Assembly (NCBI RefSeq): GCF_009914755.1 | Contig: NC_060929.1 | Reading direction: 5' to 3' (one strand) | Length of the DNA: 64,000 bases | Origin: the human T2T-CHM13v2.0 reference genome, Homo sapiens | Shown here: piece by piece, positions 41,801 to 60,822 of the stretch | How the letters are laid out: every line of letters begins with the position of its first letter | How positions within the stretch are numbered: the stretch's first letter is position 1 | Position numbers and translations under genes: made by a program | The notes under the pieces: generated by a model | What the model saw: the letters and a program-made list of their open reading frames with translations, nothing else | Told to the model about the DNA's origin: nothing | Databases searched by the model: none

Positions 41801-42689
41801 ACACAGCCCTTTGATTTCAATGAATCCTCAGAAATTGTTCCAGGTGCTTAATTTAGAGGTGGGTGGGCTGTTCTTTTAAGATGGTAGTTGTTGAAGCTAT
41901 TATTAACAGCTGTTTTTAATGAAATACTTTAAAAATTATGTTTCCAACACCTATCATATTGAATATTTAGGGAGTAAAGTTTGGGAGAAATAAAATGAGT
42001 ACTTCTTGGCAAAGTGAAACAACCTCACAAAATTTATTTGATCTGAGAGATAATGCCAACCTAAGATAAAATACTAAAAAATAGAGGGTGAATTTATCGA
42101 TGAGAGAGCCAAAGCAGAACATCGAAAAGTACCAGGGTATTTATGAGGGGACTTTTACCTGAATTTTGCTGTTGAATAGGCTACATATAAGGTCAGAGTA
42201 TGGGGATAGAAAATAAATAGTAATAAAAATAGCTTTCTTTAAGCAGTAATGGTGTCAAATGCCTACCAAGCACATAAGGCGTATTTCACAGATAGGAAAA
42301 CTGGTCTTAGGGAATGTAGGTAACTTGTCCAAGGAGCAAAGTGGTTGACGCAGTAAAGGAAAAGTTTGTAATTTCTTAGGTTGGCACGATTTCCATGAAA
42401 TATAATTGATTTTATACCTGATTAAATTTTGAAAGCAGGATAGGAATTTCCAGATTTTCTTCACATAACCTCAACCTTACTTGAGATGGCTGTAAGAATT
42501 TCATGATCTGGTCTATAGCCTCTGCCTTTCTTAATAGATCTTTATGTTCAAAGTCATAGATTATTCCCCAGAAACAAATAGCCTGTTGTACCCTTAAAAA
42601 AAATGACGCTGAGAATGACAGTCCTTCCCTTCTGAAACCACACAGCCAAATAAGTAACTATGCTGATGATATCAGTCTATCTTGTACCA

Positions 42690-42832
42690 CCATATGTTGA
42701 CTTTTACGTCTCATGCATTATGCTAAAAATAAATATTTATACACATCATTTTAATCTTCATAGTGACTTTGCAAAAAGGCACACATTTTAGTATTTCATG
42801 AAGAAATTGAGGTTGAGAAATGTAACACATTC
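42690..42832 (-). mobile_element. MIR, split by the L1 and resuming at about 49008-49060
   Basis: gaagaaattgaggttgagaaatgtaac... continues as ...aaagtcacatggcaaatcagtggcagagct after the L1. Confidence 0.7.
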
Positions 42833-47031
<4,199 letters not shown>

Positions 47032-47033
47032 TT

Positions 47034-49007
47034 TTGGGGGGTGGTTCCAAGATGGCCGAATAGGAACAGCTCTAGTCTACAGCTCCCAGTGTAAGCCACG
47101 CAGAAGACGGGTGATTTCTGCATTTCCAACTGAGGTACTGGGTTCATCTCACTGGTGCTTGTCGGACAGTAGGTGCAGGACAGTGGGTGCAGTGCACCAA
47201 GCATGAGCCAAAGCAGGGCAAGGCATCGCCTCACTCAGGAAGCGCAAGGGGTCAGGGAATTCCCTTTCATAGCCAAGCAAACTGTGACAGACGGCACCTG
47301 GAAAATCGCATCACTCCCACCCTAATACTGATCTTTTCCAATGGTCTTAGCAAATGGCACACCAGGAGATTGTATTCCATGCCTGGCTCGGAGGGTCCCA
47401 CGCCCATGGGGCCTCACTCATTGCTAGTACAGCAGTCTGAGATCGAACTGCAAGGCAGCAGTGAGGCTGGGGAAGGGGTGCCAGGCTTGAGTAGGTAAAC
47501 AAAGTGGGTGGGAAGCTCGAACTGGGTGGAGCCCACCGCAGCTCAAGAAGGCCTGCCTGCCTTTGTAGACTCCACCTCTGGGGACAGGGCATAGCCAAAC
47601 AAAAGGCAGCAGAAACCTCTACAGACTTAAATGTCCCTGTCTGACAGCTTTGAAGAGAGTAGTGGTTCTCCCAGCACGGAGTTTGAGATCTGAGAACGGA
47701 CAGACTGCCTCCTCAAGTGGGTCCCTGACCCTGAGTAGCCTATCTGGGAGGCACCCCCCTTTAGGGGCAGACTGACACCTCACACAGCCAGGTACCCCTC
47801 TGAGAGGAAACCTCCAGAGGAACGATCAGACAGCAACATTTGCTGTTCAGCAATATTCGCTGTTCTGCAGCCTCTGCTGCTGATACCCAGGCAAACAGGG
47901 TCTGGAGTAGACCTCCAGCAAACTCCAACAGACCTGCAGCTGAGGGTCCTGACTGTTAAAAGGAAAACTAACAAGCAGAAAGTACATCCACACCAAAAAC
48001 CCATCTGTACGTCACCATCATCAAAGACCAAAGGTAGATAAAACCACAAAGATGAGGAAAAAACAGAACAGAAAAACTAAAAATTCAAAAAATCAGAGCA
48101 CCTCTCCTCTTCCAAAGGAACACAGCTCTTCACCAGTAATGGAACAAAGCTGGATGGAGAATGACTTTGACAAGTTGAGAGATGAAGGCTTCAGACGATC
48201 AAACTTCTCGGAGCTAAAGGAGGAAGTTCGAACCCATTGCAAAGAAGTTAAAAACCTTGAAAAAAGATTAGGTGAATGGCTAAATAGAATAACCAATGCA
48301 GAGAAGTCCTTAAAGGACCTGATGGAGCTGAAAACCATGGCACGAGAACTACATGATGAATGCACAAGCTTCAGTAGCCGATTAGATCAACTGGAAGAAA
48401 GGGTATCAGTGATTGAAGATCAAATGAACGAAATGAAGTGAGAAGAGAAGTTTAGAGAAAAAGGAATAAAAAGAAATGAACAAAGCCTCCAAGAAATATG
48501 GGACTATGTGAAAAGACCAAATCTATGTCTGATTGGTGTACCTGAAAGTGACGGGGAGTATGGAACCAAGTTGGAAAACACTCTGAAGGATATTATCCAG
48601 GAGAACTTCCCCAACCTAGCAAGGCAGGCCAACATTCAAATTCAGGAAATACAGAGAACACCACAAAGATATTCCTTGAGAAGAGCAACTCCAAGACACA
48701 TAATTGTCAGATTCATCAAAGTTGAAATGAAGGAAAAAATTTTAAGGGCAGCTGGAGAGAAAGGTCAGGTTACCCACAAAGGGAAGCCCATCAGACTAAC
48801 AGCTGATCTCTCGGCAGAAACTCTACAAGCCAGAAGAGAGTGGGGGCCAATATTCAACATTCTTAAAGCAAAGAATTTTCAACCCAGAATTTCATATCCA
48901 GCCAAACTAAGCTTCATAAGTGAAGGAGAAATAAAATACTTTACAGACAAGCAAATGTTGAGAGATTTTGTCACCACCAGGTCTGCCCTACAAGAGCTCC
49001 TGAAGGA
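47034..49007 (+). mobile_element. Inverted 5' part of the same L1: complete 5'UTR and nearly all of ORF1
   Basis: ggggggtggttccaagatggccgaataggaacagctc (L1 start with the YY1 site aagatggcc), running to caagagctcctgaaggaag. Then TSD agaaacgtaacactttc (49008-49024) matches agaaatgtaacacattc (42816-42832). Confidence 0.97.
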
Positions 49008-49017
49008 AGAAACGTAA
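48052..49017 (+). pseudogene. L1 ORF1p, broken by one in-frame TGA at 48439-48441 and lacking its C-terminus
   Basis: ORF 48052-48441 MRKKQNRK..NDFDKLR.. and ORF 48508-49017 KRPNLCLIGVPE..FQPRISYPAKLSF..LQELLKE are in the same frame. Confidence 0.93.
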
Positions 49018-49108
49018 CACTTTCAAAGTCACATGGCAAATCAGTGGCAGAGCTATCATGATTTATCCACAAGCTGGGAAAGAAAAAGAAATAATGAAGT
49101 AAACTGAC

Positions 49109-49490
49109 TGTATTAGTCCATTTTCACACTGCTATAAGTAAATACCCAATACTGGGCAATTTATAAGTAAAAAGGTTTAATTTACTCACAGTTCTGCAGG
49201 CTTAAAAGGAAGCATGGTTTGAGCGTTTCAGAAAACTTACAATCATGGCAGAAGGTGAAGGGGAAGCAAGGCATGTCTTCTCATGGCGGCTGGAGACTGA
49301 AAGAGTAAAGGGGGAAGTATCATACAATTTCAAAATATCAGATCTTGTAAGAACTGACTCACTGCCACGAGAAGAAAAAGGGGAAGTCCACCCCATGGTT
49401 CAGTCAACTCCCAACAGGCTTTTCTCCCAACATGTGGGGATTACAATTTGGGATGAGATTTTGTTGGAGACACAGAGCCAAATGGTATCA
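49109..49490 (-). mobile_element. MSTA-like solo LTR
   Basis: tgtattagtccattttcacactgctataag...gacacagagccaaatggtatca. Confidence 0.88.
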
Positions 49491-49913
49491 CTAGCATTAT
49501 TCCTTTTTTGAATACAAAGTTGGTCTAATTATGCTCTGTGTCTTGCTTCTGTCTTTTTGTTTAGATAAGAACTACAACCTATGTTCTTACAATCATTGTA
49601 CAATTCTCAGTTGATCAATTAAAATATGCTTACTATACCAACTTCTGTATAATATTTTCTTTTTGCTTTAATTTTTCATTCATATAAAAGATTATTTAAA
49701 ACAGTACCCACTTCCATATCCCTGGATATGTCTGAAATGGATATACTTTTACTCTATATTTAAATAATATGGAGTATACACGAAATATATATTTACATAA
49801 TAGATGTTTATGTTTTCATATACACACATGGAATTTAAATGACTTTCTAGATGATCAGACTGAATTATAGTGATTTTCAGTTAGGAGACTTATCTGGTAA
49901 AATATGGCAATTT

Positions 49914-50387
49914 TGATAATGGGTTGAATTCTGTCCCCTCCAAATTCAGAAACTGAAGTCCTAACATCCAATACCCCAGAATGTGATTTTATTTGGAAAC
50001 AGAGCCATGGCAGATGTAATTACTCAAGTTATCATGAGGTCATACTGATGTAGCATGGGCTCCAAATCAATAGGATTGGCATCCTTATACAAAGGGTAAA
50101 TTTAGACACAGAAAAATGTACACAGGGAGAATGACATGTGAACATGAAAGCAGAGATGAGGGGATGAATCTACAAGACAAGAGGTACCAAAGGTTGCCAG
50201 CAAACTAACAGAGACTGAGAGAGGCATGGAACAGATTCTCCCCGACAGCCTCAGAAAAAAAAAAACAACTCGGTTAAAACGTTGATCTTGAACTTCTAGC
50301 CTCCAGAAATGTGAAACAATAAATTTCTATTTTTTAAGCCATGCAATTTGTCGTATTTTGTTATGGCAGCCTCGGAAAACTAACACA
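49914..50387 (+). mobile_element. MLT1B/C solo LTR
   Basis: tgataatgggttgaattctgtcccc...gttatggcagcctcggaaaactaacaca. Confidence 0.88.
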
Positions 50388-51339
50388 GTAAGCCTTACTC
50401 TAAGATATGGTGCTGACTGTTAAGGTTTGGCTTTTTCAGTTTCCAAGGATATTTAAAGAGGTTTTGAATAGGTCACAGGTAATCCACTATAGCCCTTATT
50501 TTCTAAAATTTGTTCCTCTCTCTATCCTTGACCAGTCACATTCTGGTAACATGAATGGTCTCACCCTGCAAATGTGCAGCCCAGATTTTAGTCATGAACT
50601 TACAAGGAACCTCCATCCTGACTTCTGAAATTCAGTTTCTGCACAGCATCCCCTTCAGTACAGTATGCTGCCTCACTCTGCAAAAAGGAAAATCTCTACA
50701 TAGACCTAAGAAAATTGTTTCCAGGTGAAGACTAGACTGACTCTGGAATCCTGACGTCACTTTTGAAATTCAGAGATTGCAGCTTTCCACTGACTGTTGT
50801 CCACTTCCTGAAACCAGATACCTCGTATGCTTTGTCCAGTTTTGTAGCTGCTTACAGCAGAAGAACTAGTTCAGTTACATGTATTTTATGAAGGCCAGTC
50901 TATATTCCTGGATGGAATGTGAACTCTAATAATTTAGGTGTTGGTAAGCTACTACCTAAATTCCTATGGAAGTCTGACTAGAAAACTACATCACATCAAC
51001 CTTAAAGCTACTCTGGCCTTTTCAGTTGATAGTTAAACCCCACCTTTCTTCTTTTTGTTCTCCATACTTGATTTTCAAAAGAAATATGAAAAAATTGATG
51101 AAATTAGGTAAGTGCAATGTCTAATTTCTTTTCCAGAACCATGATGAATGCCGTCCCATTCCATTTTAGATGTTGATCTAAATCTGTTTATAACATGAGA
51201 TAAAAGTCTAAGACCTCCGATTCGTGCTCCACAGGAAATAGAAAGTATATCTAAATAGTTTAGACAATAACACAAATTCTATTTTCCAATATTTCTCTAC
51301 AAAATCCAAAGTCCACATCATTTTGAAAAAACTGATTCA

Positions 51340-51635
<296 letters not shown>

Positions 51636-52719
51636 AAAAAACTGATTCAAAACATAAAAGAAAAACATACTCTTTTTCCCAAGTTACTCCAAACTTCTCT
51701 CTCATCTTCAGACCCCTTTCTTATTCTGTACATTCAGTTTGACTCTAAGATTTTTGTGATTGTTTCATTAAGCAGTTAAATTGACAGAAATATGTAAATG
51801 TTATAATGCAGTTTCAACAATATCCTGTAGTACTCACAGAGAACAATTCATAAATCCTTGCATTCTAGTCTATGTATTTTTCTGATATCATGATGCTGTA
51901 TTTCTTATTAATCTAGAGTAAAATATACTACCTTGGCTCTGACAACATTATATTTGAAATATTTTTCTTTACTTTGTAGAAAAACTAACGGTGTGCTGGT
52001 AACAAAGAAGTTTAATTATCTCAAGTGGTAATTGTTATTTTAATTAGTACTTAAAGGAGTAAAGAGAGGAAGATTTACCTTTCTTGGAAATCATGTAAAG
52101 CAGTGATTTGATGTGCAATTGTTAATTCTGAAATTGATCCTTAAGAAAGATACTATAGAGCTGCCAAAGGAGCAATAAAGAAGTATTAATCAGTCATTAG
52201 TAGGGATCATTTAAAATATTAATGGAATTAACCATCGTGGACAGTTTATAACAACAAGACTACTGAAAATATGGAATACAGAAAAGACACTAACCAGCCA
52301 GATAGAACTAATCAAAATACAAAAAGACAATCAGAACTCATCAAAAATATAAAAAACATTCACAAATTTGACTATTCTAAAATTACCTTTATAACAGGCA
52401 TGTGATTTTGATACAGATGTCGGGAAGTATGTTACTAACTGGTTCTACCTGTCAGGTCATACTCTTTTTTGCAAAAGATCACTGAAGCTATTTTCCCAAA
52501 GAAAGATGCTAAGCTCTTCCTCAATTATGTTAATAAGGCAAACTATTTAAAAATAACATTTTAACATGAGATTGAGCAAGATAAAACTTTCAAAGAGAGA
52601 GAGTTTCCTTTAAACAATACTTTACACGTTAAATATATTTTATTTGCATTGCACTGTTTTCAGAAAAAAATATCTGAGGAAAACTTAGAAAACTCTGACT
52701 GGATTTTCTTTATGGACAG

Positions 52720-53994
52720 AAGTCCGTGAGATTGGGGCAAAACAAGACATCCTGATCCAGACATCTTTGGGAATGATTCATCTCCAAACATAATTCCTCT
52801 CTTTTGTATAAACGCCATTGCAACTGGAGACATAACAGATGTCTCAAAAGGCCGTAATGGTTGGGCTTGTTGCCTCCTTTCTGCGGAGACAACATAGCAG
52901 AAAACATCAGTCTAGATAGGCTTTCTTCTTCCTCCCTATGATACAGTAAATTTTCCATTTGCAAATGTGACAAGGGACTTGGTCTCTGATGGGCTGCTGG
53001 AGGAGGGTGTGTAATTGGAAAACTAAGGGTTTGGAGAAGAGGGCTGATAGGGCCCCCTAGGGAAAGAAATCCTACCTCATCTGGTGGTTTGATAAGGATT
53101 GAAATGTTAAGCTGTAACGTTTTCTCCAAATACTTTCTAGGCAGAGGTTGGAAAGAGAGGTTTGGGGCTTGATAGGCTGTCCCCACAATATGTCTCCTAG
53201 CAGAAGAAAATTAATTTGTCTTATAGAAGGGATGCTTAAATTCACTGGACAGTGCTGAGTTCTCACATGAAGAAAGAAAAGCCTAAATGGAGAGGAGGGT
53301 AGCTACTCAGGGTGAAATATCCCCCTATTCAGTCCCATGTATAGACATCATAGGGGGACAGAGAAGCCCTTAGACTGAAATCTTGAAATCCCCGTGTCTC
53401 AGGGAAATCACAAAAACAACAACCCTTTGAGCTGCATTGCTGATTGCTAAGGCACCTGCTGACTTTAGCCAACAAAATTGTATCTCCAGGTTGCAAAAAC
53501 ACCCACAACATTGCATACAAAGAAGAGATAGGAGCCATAACAGCCATGAAAGAGAGAAAGAAAAAAAATGTGATAGAAAAGACTGGAAGTCCTGGTGCCA
53601 ACACCCTAACAGGCTGTCTGGGAATGGATTTAATCTAGGGACCTTTGGGTGACTTGGAGGTTTAGCCTCATCCAGATACTCTCAGCTGCCCCAGGACCTC
53701 CTAATCCCATGTGACAGCTAGACCTCCATGAGGGAAAATTGGTTTGGGATAAAGCCAACATTTCCAACATTCAAGGGTGTTGGGAGATTGACAAAATCCT
53801 CCCCAGCAAGTCTGACCTCTGAGTCTTAAGTCCAGCAGCCATGATATTTGCTCTTAATTGGCTGACAGAGGCCTGGTGTTTTATTTGATCTTGAGGAAAA
53901 AGAAAAAAAAGGATAAGAAGCCTCAGAAATGAAAGTAAAGAGTTGGAAGTCTGATCTGACTCACCCTTCTGACAATCCCAGATGAGGTCCCAAA
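52720..53994 (-). mobile_element. ERV1 internal leader and possible gag remnant
   Basis: On the minus strand directly after the LTR: tttgggacctcatctgggat (resembles PBS-Pro tgggggctcgtccgggat), then a splice-donor-like aagg|gtgagt. Weak gag-matrix-like LQLQWRLYKRE in ORF 52710-53186. Confidence 0.65.
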
Positions 53995-54612
53995 TATTGC
54001 AGTCTGCTTAGTCTCTAGCTCAGCCAGGTCCGAGTTCTTGTTCTACAACCAAGAAGAATAAGGCATGCAGACACCCAAGAGTGAGTAGAGTAGAGATTCT
54101 TAAAAAAAAGGATAGCTCTCAGCAAACAGAAGAAACCTGAAAATAGGTGGCCAGAAATGGGGCTGAGTTCTGGGTCTTTTATGTGGCAAGAACAAGGAAG
54201 CCTTCTGGGGATTCTGCCCAAAACGATAGGGGTAAAGTTTCCTCCTAAGGGTGCTGTAACTGTGCATGCCTGCAGTTGGCCAGCGTGACTCCATCTTGGT
54301 TATTACTCATGAGTGCCTAAGTGAAACCCACATGGGAGATAAAACCGCAACGCTAATATCATGTTAATGACATTATAATGAGTTGGATCAAATTAAGGAC
54401 ATTTAGATTGACTTATTGTGCCTGCATCTAAGTTAGGACAGTCCCTTCTGAAGAACATTCCAGCATAAGGGGAATTTCTTAACCATGTTTCTTCCCATTA
54501 GCTGCAGAGGCAGTGTAGGTGCTGTCCCGCGGATGTTCCTATGAACATTGCTCTTCTCCCAAGACCCTCCCTTTTTATCTGCCTAAACAGCCTCTAGCTG
54601 CCTCCTTTCTCA
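53995..54612 (-). mobile_element. ERV1 (MER4-group) 5' LTR, family not determined
   Basis: The minus strand begins tgagaaaggaggcagctagaggctg. U5-like ..cttattcttcttggttgtagaacaagaactcggacct.. is followed by the PBS. Confidence 0.75.
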
Positions 54613-55472
54613 ATAGTGTGGAGAGCATAAATAATGTCAGCCTCTAAAGATAAGTAAAGATGGAAGAGATTTAAATCACAAAATTATTAGTGGTCATATA
54701 AATGAATCAATCCATGTGCTAGTTCAGATGTGAGAGCTGTGGGAGGAGCACAGGCATTCTGATTAAACATATTACCTTAATGGATTAAAATGCTTTATCT
54801 CAAAACATTGAAAGTTTTTAAATCAATAATCATAGGATCAATAATTGTATGTCTTGGTGGAAATTAATGTGAGAAATGCATTTTTAATGAATAAAAATAT
54901 CAGTATGATAAATGTAATCTCCTTTAATTGAAATTTATGGGAACCAAACATTAAGATAATTTATTTAACAACAAAAGCAAGAATATTACTATGTTTTTCA
55001 AAAATAGTTTTTAAAATTATTTTTGAGGCAGTAGTAATGTTCAATCACTAAAAAATCATTTATTTTAAAATATTCAAATGAAATGAAATTTTTCTGAAAA
55101 ATTTACTTGAAATTATAATTTCTCAGTTCCCAAAATTTGGGTTATTACCATTTCCCAATCCCAATTATGAACTCTGGCTTAGGAATTTTCTGTGTCATCA
55201 TATCAATATGGAAAACTTTGTATTGTGTTAAAAATAAAGTAGCAATCCCAGCCTCTGAGAGTAGGGCTCATGGAAAGCCACTCCTGCAAAACCCTAGGCT
55301 AAGCCCCCTGCACAGAACTGTGTGTCCAGGAACACCACTGTTGGCTTCTCAGTACATGAAAACAGGAAAGGCAGCCCCACTTAGTAAAAACCTGGGTGCA
55401 AACGTGTGTGACAGTAGGATGTTGAGTGAATGGGAAAGTCTGTGGATGCAAGAGTTCTTCATGTATGGAGGT

Positions 55473-55620
55473 TAATTCATTCATAGATTCACCATTTATT
55501 GAATGGTATCTGTGTAACAGGCACAATCCTAGATCCTTGGGATATAGCAGTGAACAAAAGAGAAAAACGCCCTACTACTATGGTACTTACATTATTGTGG
55601 GCCAAATAATAAACAAGTTT
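55473..55620 (-). mobile_element. L2 3' end
   Basis: ttcattcatagattcaccatttattgaatggtatctgtgtaacaggcacaatcctag..gggatatagcagtgaacaaaa. Confidence 0.8.
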
Positions 55621-55759
55621 TAGTACGATATGTCTACATGTGAATTTTTTTGCTATTTTTCACACTTAGTGTTCTTTTTGAGCTTCCTCAATCTGTGGCT
55701 TGGTGTCTGTTATTAATTTGAAATGTTAATGTAAATTATTACTGGAAATATTTATCTCA

Positions 55760-58341
55760 TCCAGCCCCCCTAATGTGGCCGCCACTGCCAGCAGCAGGAA
55801 CGCACACATGGAGGCTAGTAGCCCTGCCTGCCAGTGTCCTGCTCCAGCCAATGAGCATGCACCCTGCTGCATTGGTGCCACCACTGGCACATGTGAATAA
55901 GCACAGATCCAGCTGCCACCATTCTGACGAAGCACTTTGGTTGAAACCAACCATTGAAGTGTTGTGGCCAGTGGTTGGGAACTCTTGGCCCCTCCAGCAT
56001 AGCAGGTTCCTAACTTCAAGGGGCCAAAGGACAAAGCCATGGGCTGATACTACCCATCCCCCGCACCCCCGCGCCCAGAATTAGAGCATGCTGCTCAGGA
56101 GTGCTGAGTTGATTCTTTCCCCCCTAAAATCTTCCAGAAACGAAGTTAGTCAACTGAACCCACCTTATACCACAATCAAATCCCAAAGAGCCTCAAAGAA
56201 GATAAAAGCATAAAGCCCATCCAAAGTATAACAACTTCAAAGACTGAAGGAACATCAGCCCACATATATGAGAAAGAACCAGCACAAGAAGTCTGGCAAC
56301 TCAAAAAGCCAGTTTCTTCTTACCTCCAAATGACTGCACTAGTTCCCCAGCAATGGATAACTGGGCTGAAATGGCTGAAATGTTAGAAATAGAATTCAGA
56401 ATATGGATAGAAACGAAGATCATTGTGATTCAGGAGAAAGTCAAAACCCAATCCAAGGATTCTAAGAAATACAATAATATGATACAGAAGATGAAAGATG
56501 AAACAGCCATTTTTATAAAGAACCAAACTGATCTGACAGAGCTGAAAGCTTACGTCAATACTTTCAGAATGAAATTGCAAGTATTAATAGCAGAATTAAA
56601 CAAGCTGAGGAAAAAAATCTCAGAGCTCGAAGACTGATTGTCCAAAACAACTCAGTCAGACAAAAATAAAGAGGAAACAATAAAGAAGCATGAACAAAAC
56701 CTCCAAGAAATACGTGATTACGTAAAAAAACAAAACAAAAACACAAATTTGTGACTCATTGACTTCCCGGAAAGAGAGAGAGAGAAAGTAGACAACTTGG
56801 AAAACACATTTCAGGATATCATCTAAGAAAATTTGCCCAACCTCACTAGAGAGGACAATATTCAAATTCCGGAAAGGCAGAGAAGCCTTGTGAATACTAC
56901 ACAAGATGATCATCTCCAAAACACACAGTCATCAGGTTTTCCAAGGTCAAAGTAAAAACAAAAGAAGAAGAAAGGAAAACTAGAGAGAAGGGGCAAGTAA
57001 CCTACAATGGAAACCCCCTCAGGCTAATAGTGTTCTTTTCAACAGAAACCCTAGAAGCCAGAAGAGACTGGGAGCCTATATTCAGCATTATTAAAGAAAA
57101 GAAATTCCAACCAAGAATTTCATATACAGCCAAACTAAACTTCATAATTGAAGGAGAAATAAGATTCTTTTTAGACAAGCAAATGCTAAGGGAATTTGTT
57201 TTCACCACACCTGCCTTACAAGAGGCCCTGAAGAGAGTGCTAAATACGGAAAGGAAAGACTTTCTCCAGCCACAAAGCTAAAAGCAATTGCAACAAAAAC
57301 AAAAATTGGCAAATGGTATCTAAACTGAAGAGCTTCTGCACAGCAAAAGAAATTATCAACAGAGTAAACAGACAACCTACAAACTGGGAAAAATTTTCCA
57401 TGAATTATGTATCCAACAAAGGCCAAATATCCAGAATCCATAAACAACTTAAACAAATTAAGCAAAATACAATCAACTTCATTAAAAAGTAAGCAAAGGA
57501 CACACACGGACACTATTGCAAAGAAGATGTACATATGGTGAACAAGCAGATGAAAAAAATGCTCAACAACATTAATCATTACATGAATACAAATCAAAAC
57601 CACAATGAGATACCATCTCACACCAGTCAGATGGCTATTACTAAAAAGCCAAATGATAACAGATGCTGGCAAGGTTGTGGAGAAAAGGGAATGCTTATAC
57701 ACTGCTAGTGGGAATCGAAATTAGTTAAGCCATTGTGGAAAGTAGTTTTGCAATTTCTCAAAGAACTTAAAACAGAATTATCATTTTACCCAACAATCCC
57801 ATTATTGGGTATATACCCAAAGGAATATAAATCGTTCCACCATAAAGATAAATGCATGTGTATGTTCATTGCAGCACTATTCACAATAGCAAAGACATGG
57901 AATCAACCTAACTATTCATTAATAGTAGACTGGATAAAGAAAATGGGATACATATACACCATAAAATACTACAAGCCATTAAAAAAGAATGAGATCATGT
58001 ACTCCGTAGCAACATGGATGGAGCTAGATGCCATTACCCTTAGTGAACTAACACAGGAGCAGAAAACCAAATGCCACTTACAAATGGTATGTTTTGACTT
58101 ATAAATAGGAGCTAAGCAGTGAGTACATATGGACACAAAGAAGGGAACAATAGACACTGTCGGCCTACTTAAGGGTGAAGAGTGAGAGGAGGGTGAAGAT
58201 TGAAAAACTTCCTATTGGATACTATGTTTATTACCTGGGTAATGAATTAATCTGTACACCAAACCCCCTGACATGGAATTTTTCCTACATAGCAAACTTG
58301 TACCTGTATCCCTGAACCTAAAATAAAGGTTAAAAAAAAAG
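55760..58341 (+). mobile_element. L1PA15/16-like element: partial 5'UTR, degenerate ORF1, most of ORF2 missing, 3' end and A-tail
   Basis: ORF1 remnants (ETLEARRDWEPIFSIIKEKKFQPRISY) join at ~57273 to late ORF2 (aaaagcaattgcaac). The 3'UTR gattgaaaaacttcctattggatactatg..cctgaacctaaaataaagg follows. Confidence 0.88.
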
Positions 58342-58499
58342 AAAATTATGTATATATTTTGGAATCCTCTGCAATATTGGTTTTTAAGGTGGTGGTTAGA
58401 ACTTCAAAACACCATTAAATATCAGTTGAACATCAGTTATAACATATGTAACAGTTAATTTCTTAGTAATTCTGGCTGTGAATGACCTAATTTACCTCG

Positions 58500-58894
58500 G
58501 TAGTTGATAAGCACAAAGATGAGTGTGATGATTATTTGCACAGAAAAATCTCAGGAAATGTACTATACAAAAAAGAAAGCAAATTATTGACTGTATCAAG
58601 TTAACAGGACATAGTTTAGCATAAAAATTAATTGTAATAATATTTGTATATGTAGCAGAAAAAACAGAAAATTGATATTTAAAAAATAATTCCATTTATG
58701 ATAGTAAAATTATATAGGGTAAATCTAAAAATATACTTGTATTCTACATTGAGAACTAAAAATTTTTATGAAAGAAATTACATAGGTGAAAAGTTATGCT
58801 GTGTTTACGGATTAGAATATCAACAGTGTTATAATGGCTATTTTCCTATATTGAATTCTAGTGTCAACAAATTCCTAGTGAAAATTTTAGCAAG

Positions 58895-58939
<45 letters not shown>

Positions 58940-59475
58940 CAAGGTGACTGTAAAATGTATTAAAAAACTTAAAGGACCTAAAATATCCAAAGGAATATTT
59001 AAAAAGGGGAATAAATTTGGAAAAGTTACCTCATTGAAATTCAAGATTTAGAATAAAAATACTATAACCAAAAAGTATTGTATTCAGGAAAAAAGAGATA
59101 TTTGAAGAGACTGGGAATATAATCAATTGATTTTTGTCAAATTGACATAGCTACTCAATGGGAAAAGGAAAATGTTTTCATCAAATGACACAGATTCAGC
59201 CAGATATATATAAGAAGAATAAGTAAATATTATGCCTTATAGTATATAAATATTATGCCTTATGATGTATTTTGCTCTTAAACATGTATCATTTAGGAAA
59301 TGAAAAGGCAAGTCACAGAGTGGGGGAAAGCATTTGCAGAACATATATCAAAGTACTTGTAACTAAACTATGTAATGGACTTCACAAGTTAATAAATAGA
59401 CAACAGGATAAGCAATTAAACATAAGCAAATTATATTAATGGAAATTTTATTTAAAAAGAAATAGACCAAATAAG
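58500..59475 (+). mobile_element. Ancient L1M ORF2 fragments
   Basis: A-rich degenerate L1 (ggaataaatttggaaaagttacc..ttcaagatt; atgaaaaggcaagtcacagagtggg). Confidence 0.55.
58898..58937. repeat. (TA)n microsatellite, about 20 units
   Basis: Direct reading. Confidence 0.97.
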
Positions 59476-59479
59476 CAAA

Positions 59480-60822
<1,343 letters not shown>

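Noticed and set aside
58698-59051. 117-aa ORF with an IYIYIY run
   Set aside because: Produced by the (TA)n microsatellite inside a degenerate L1.
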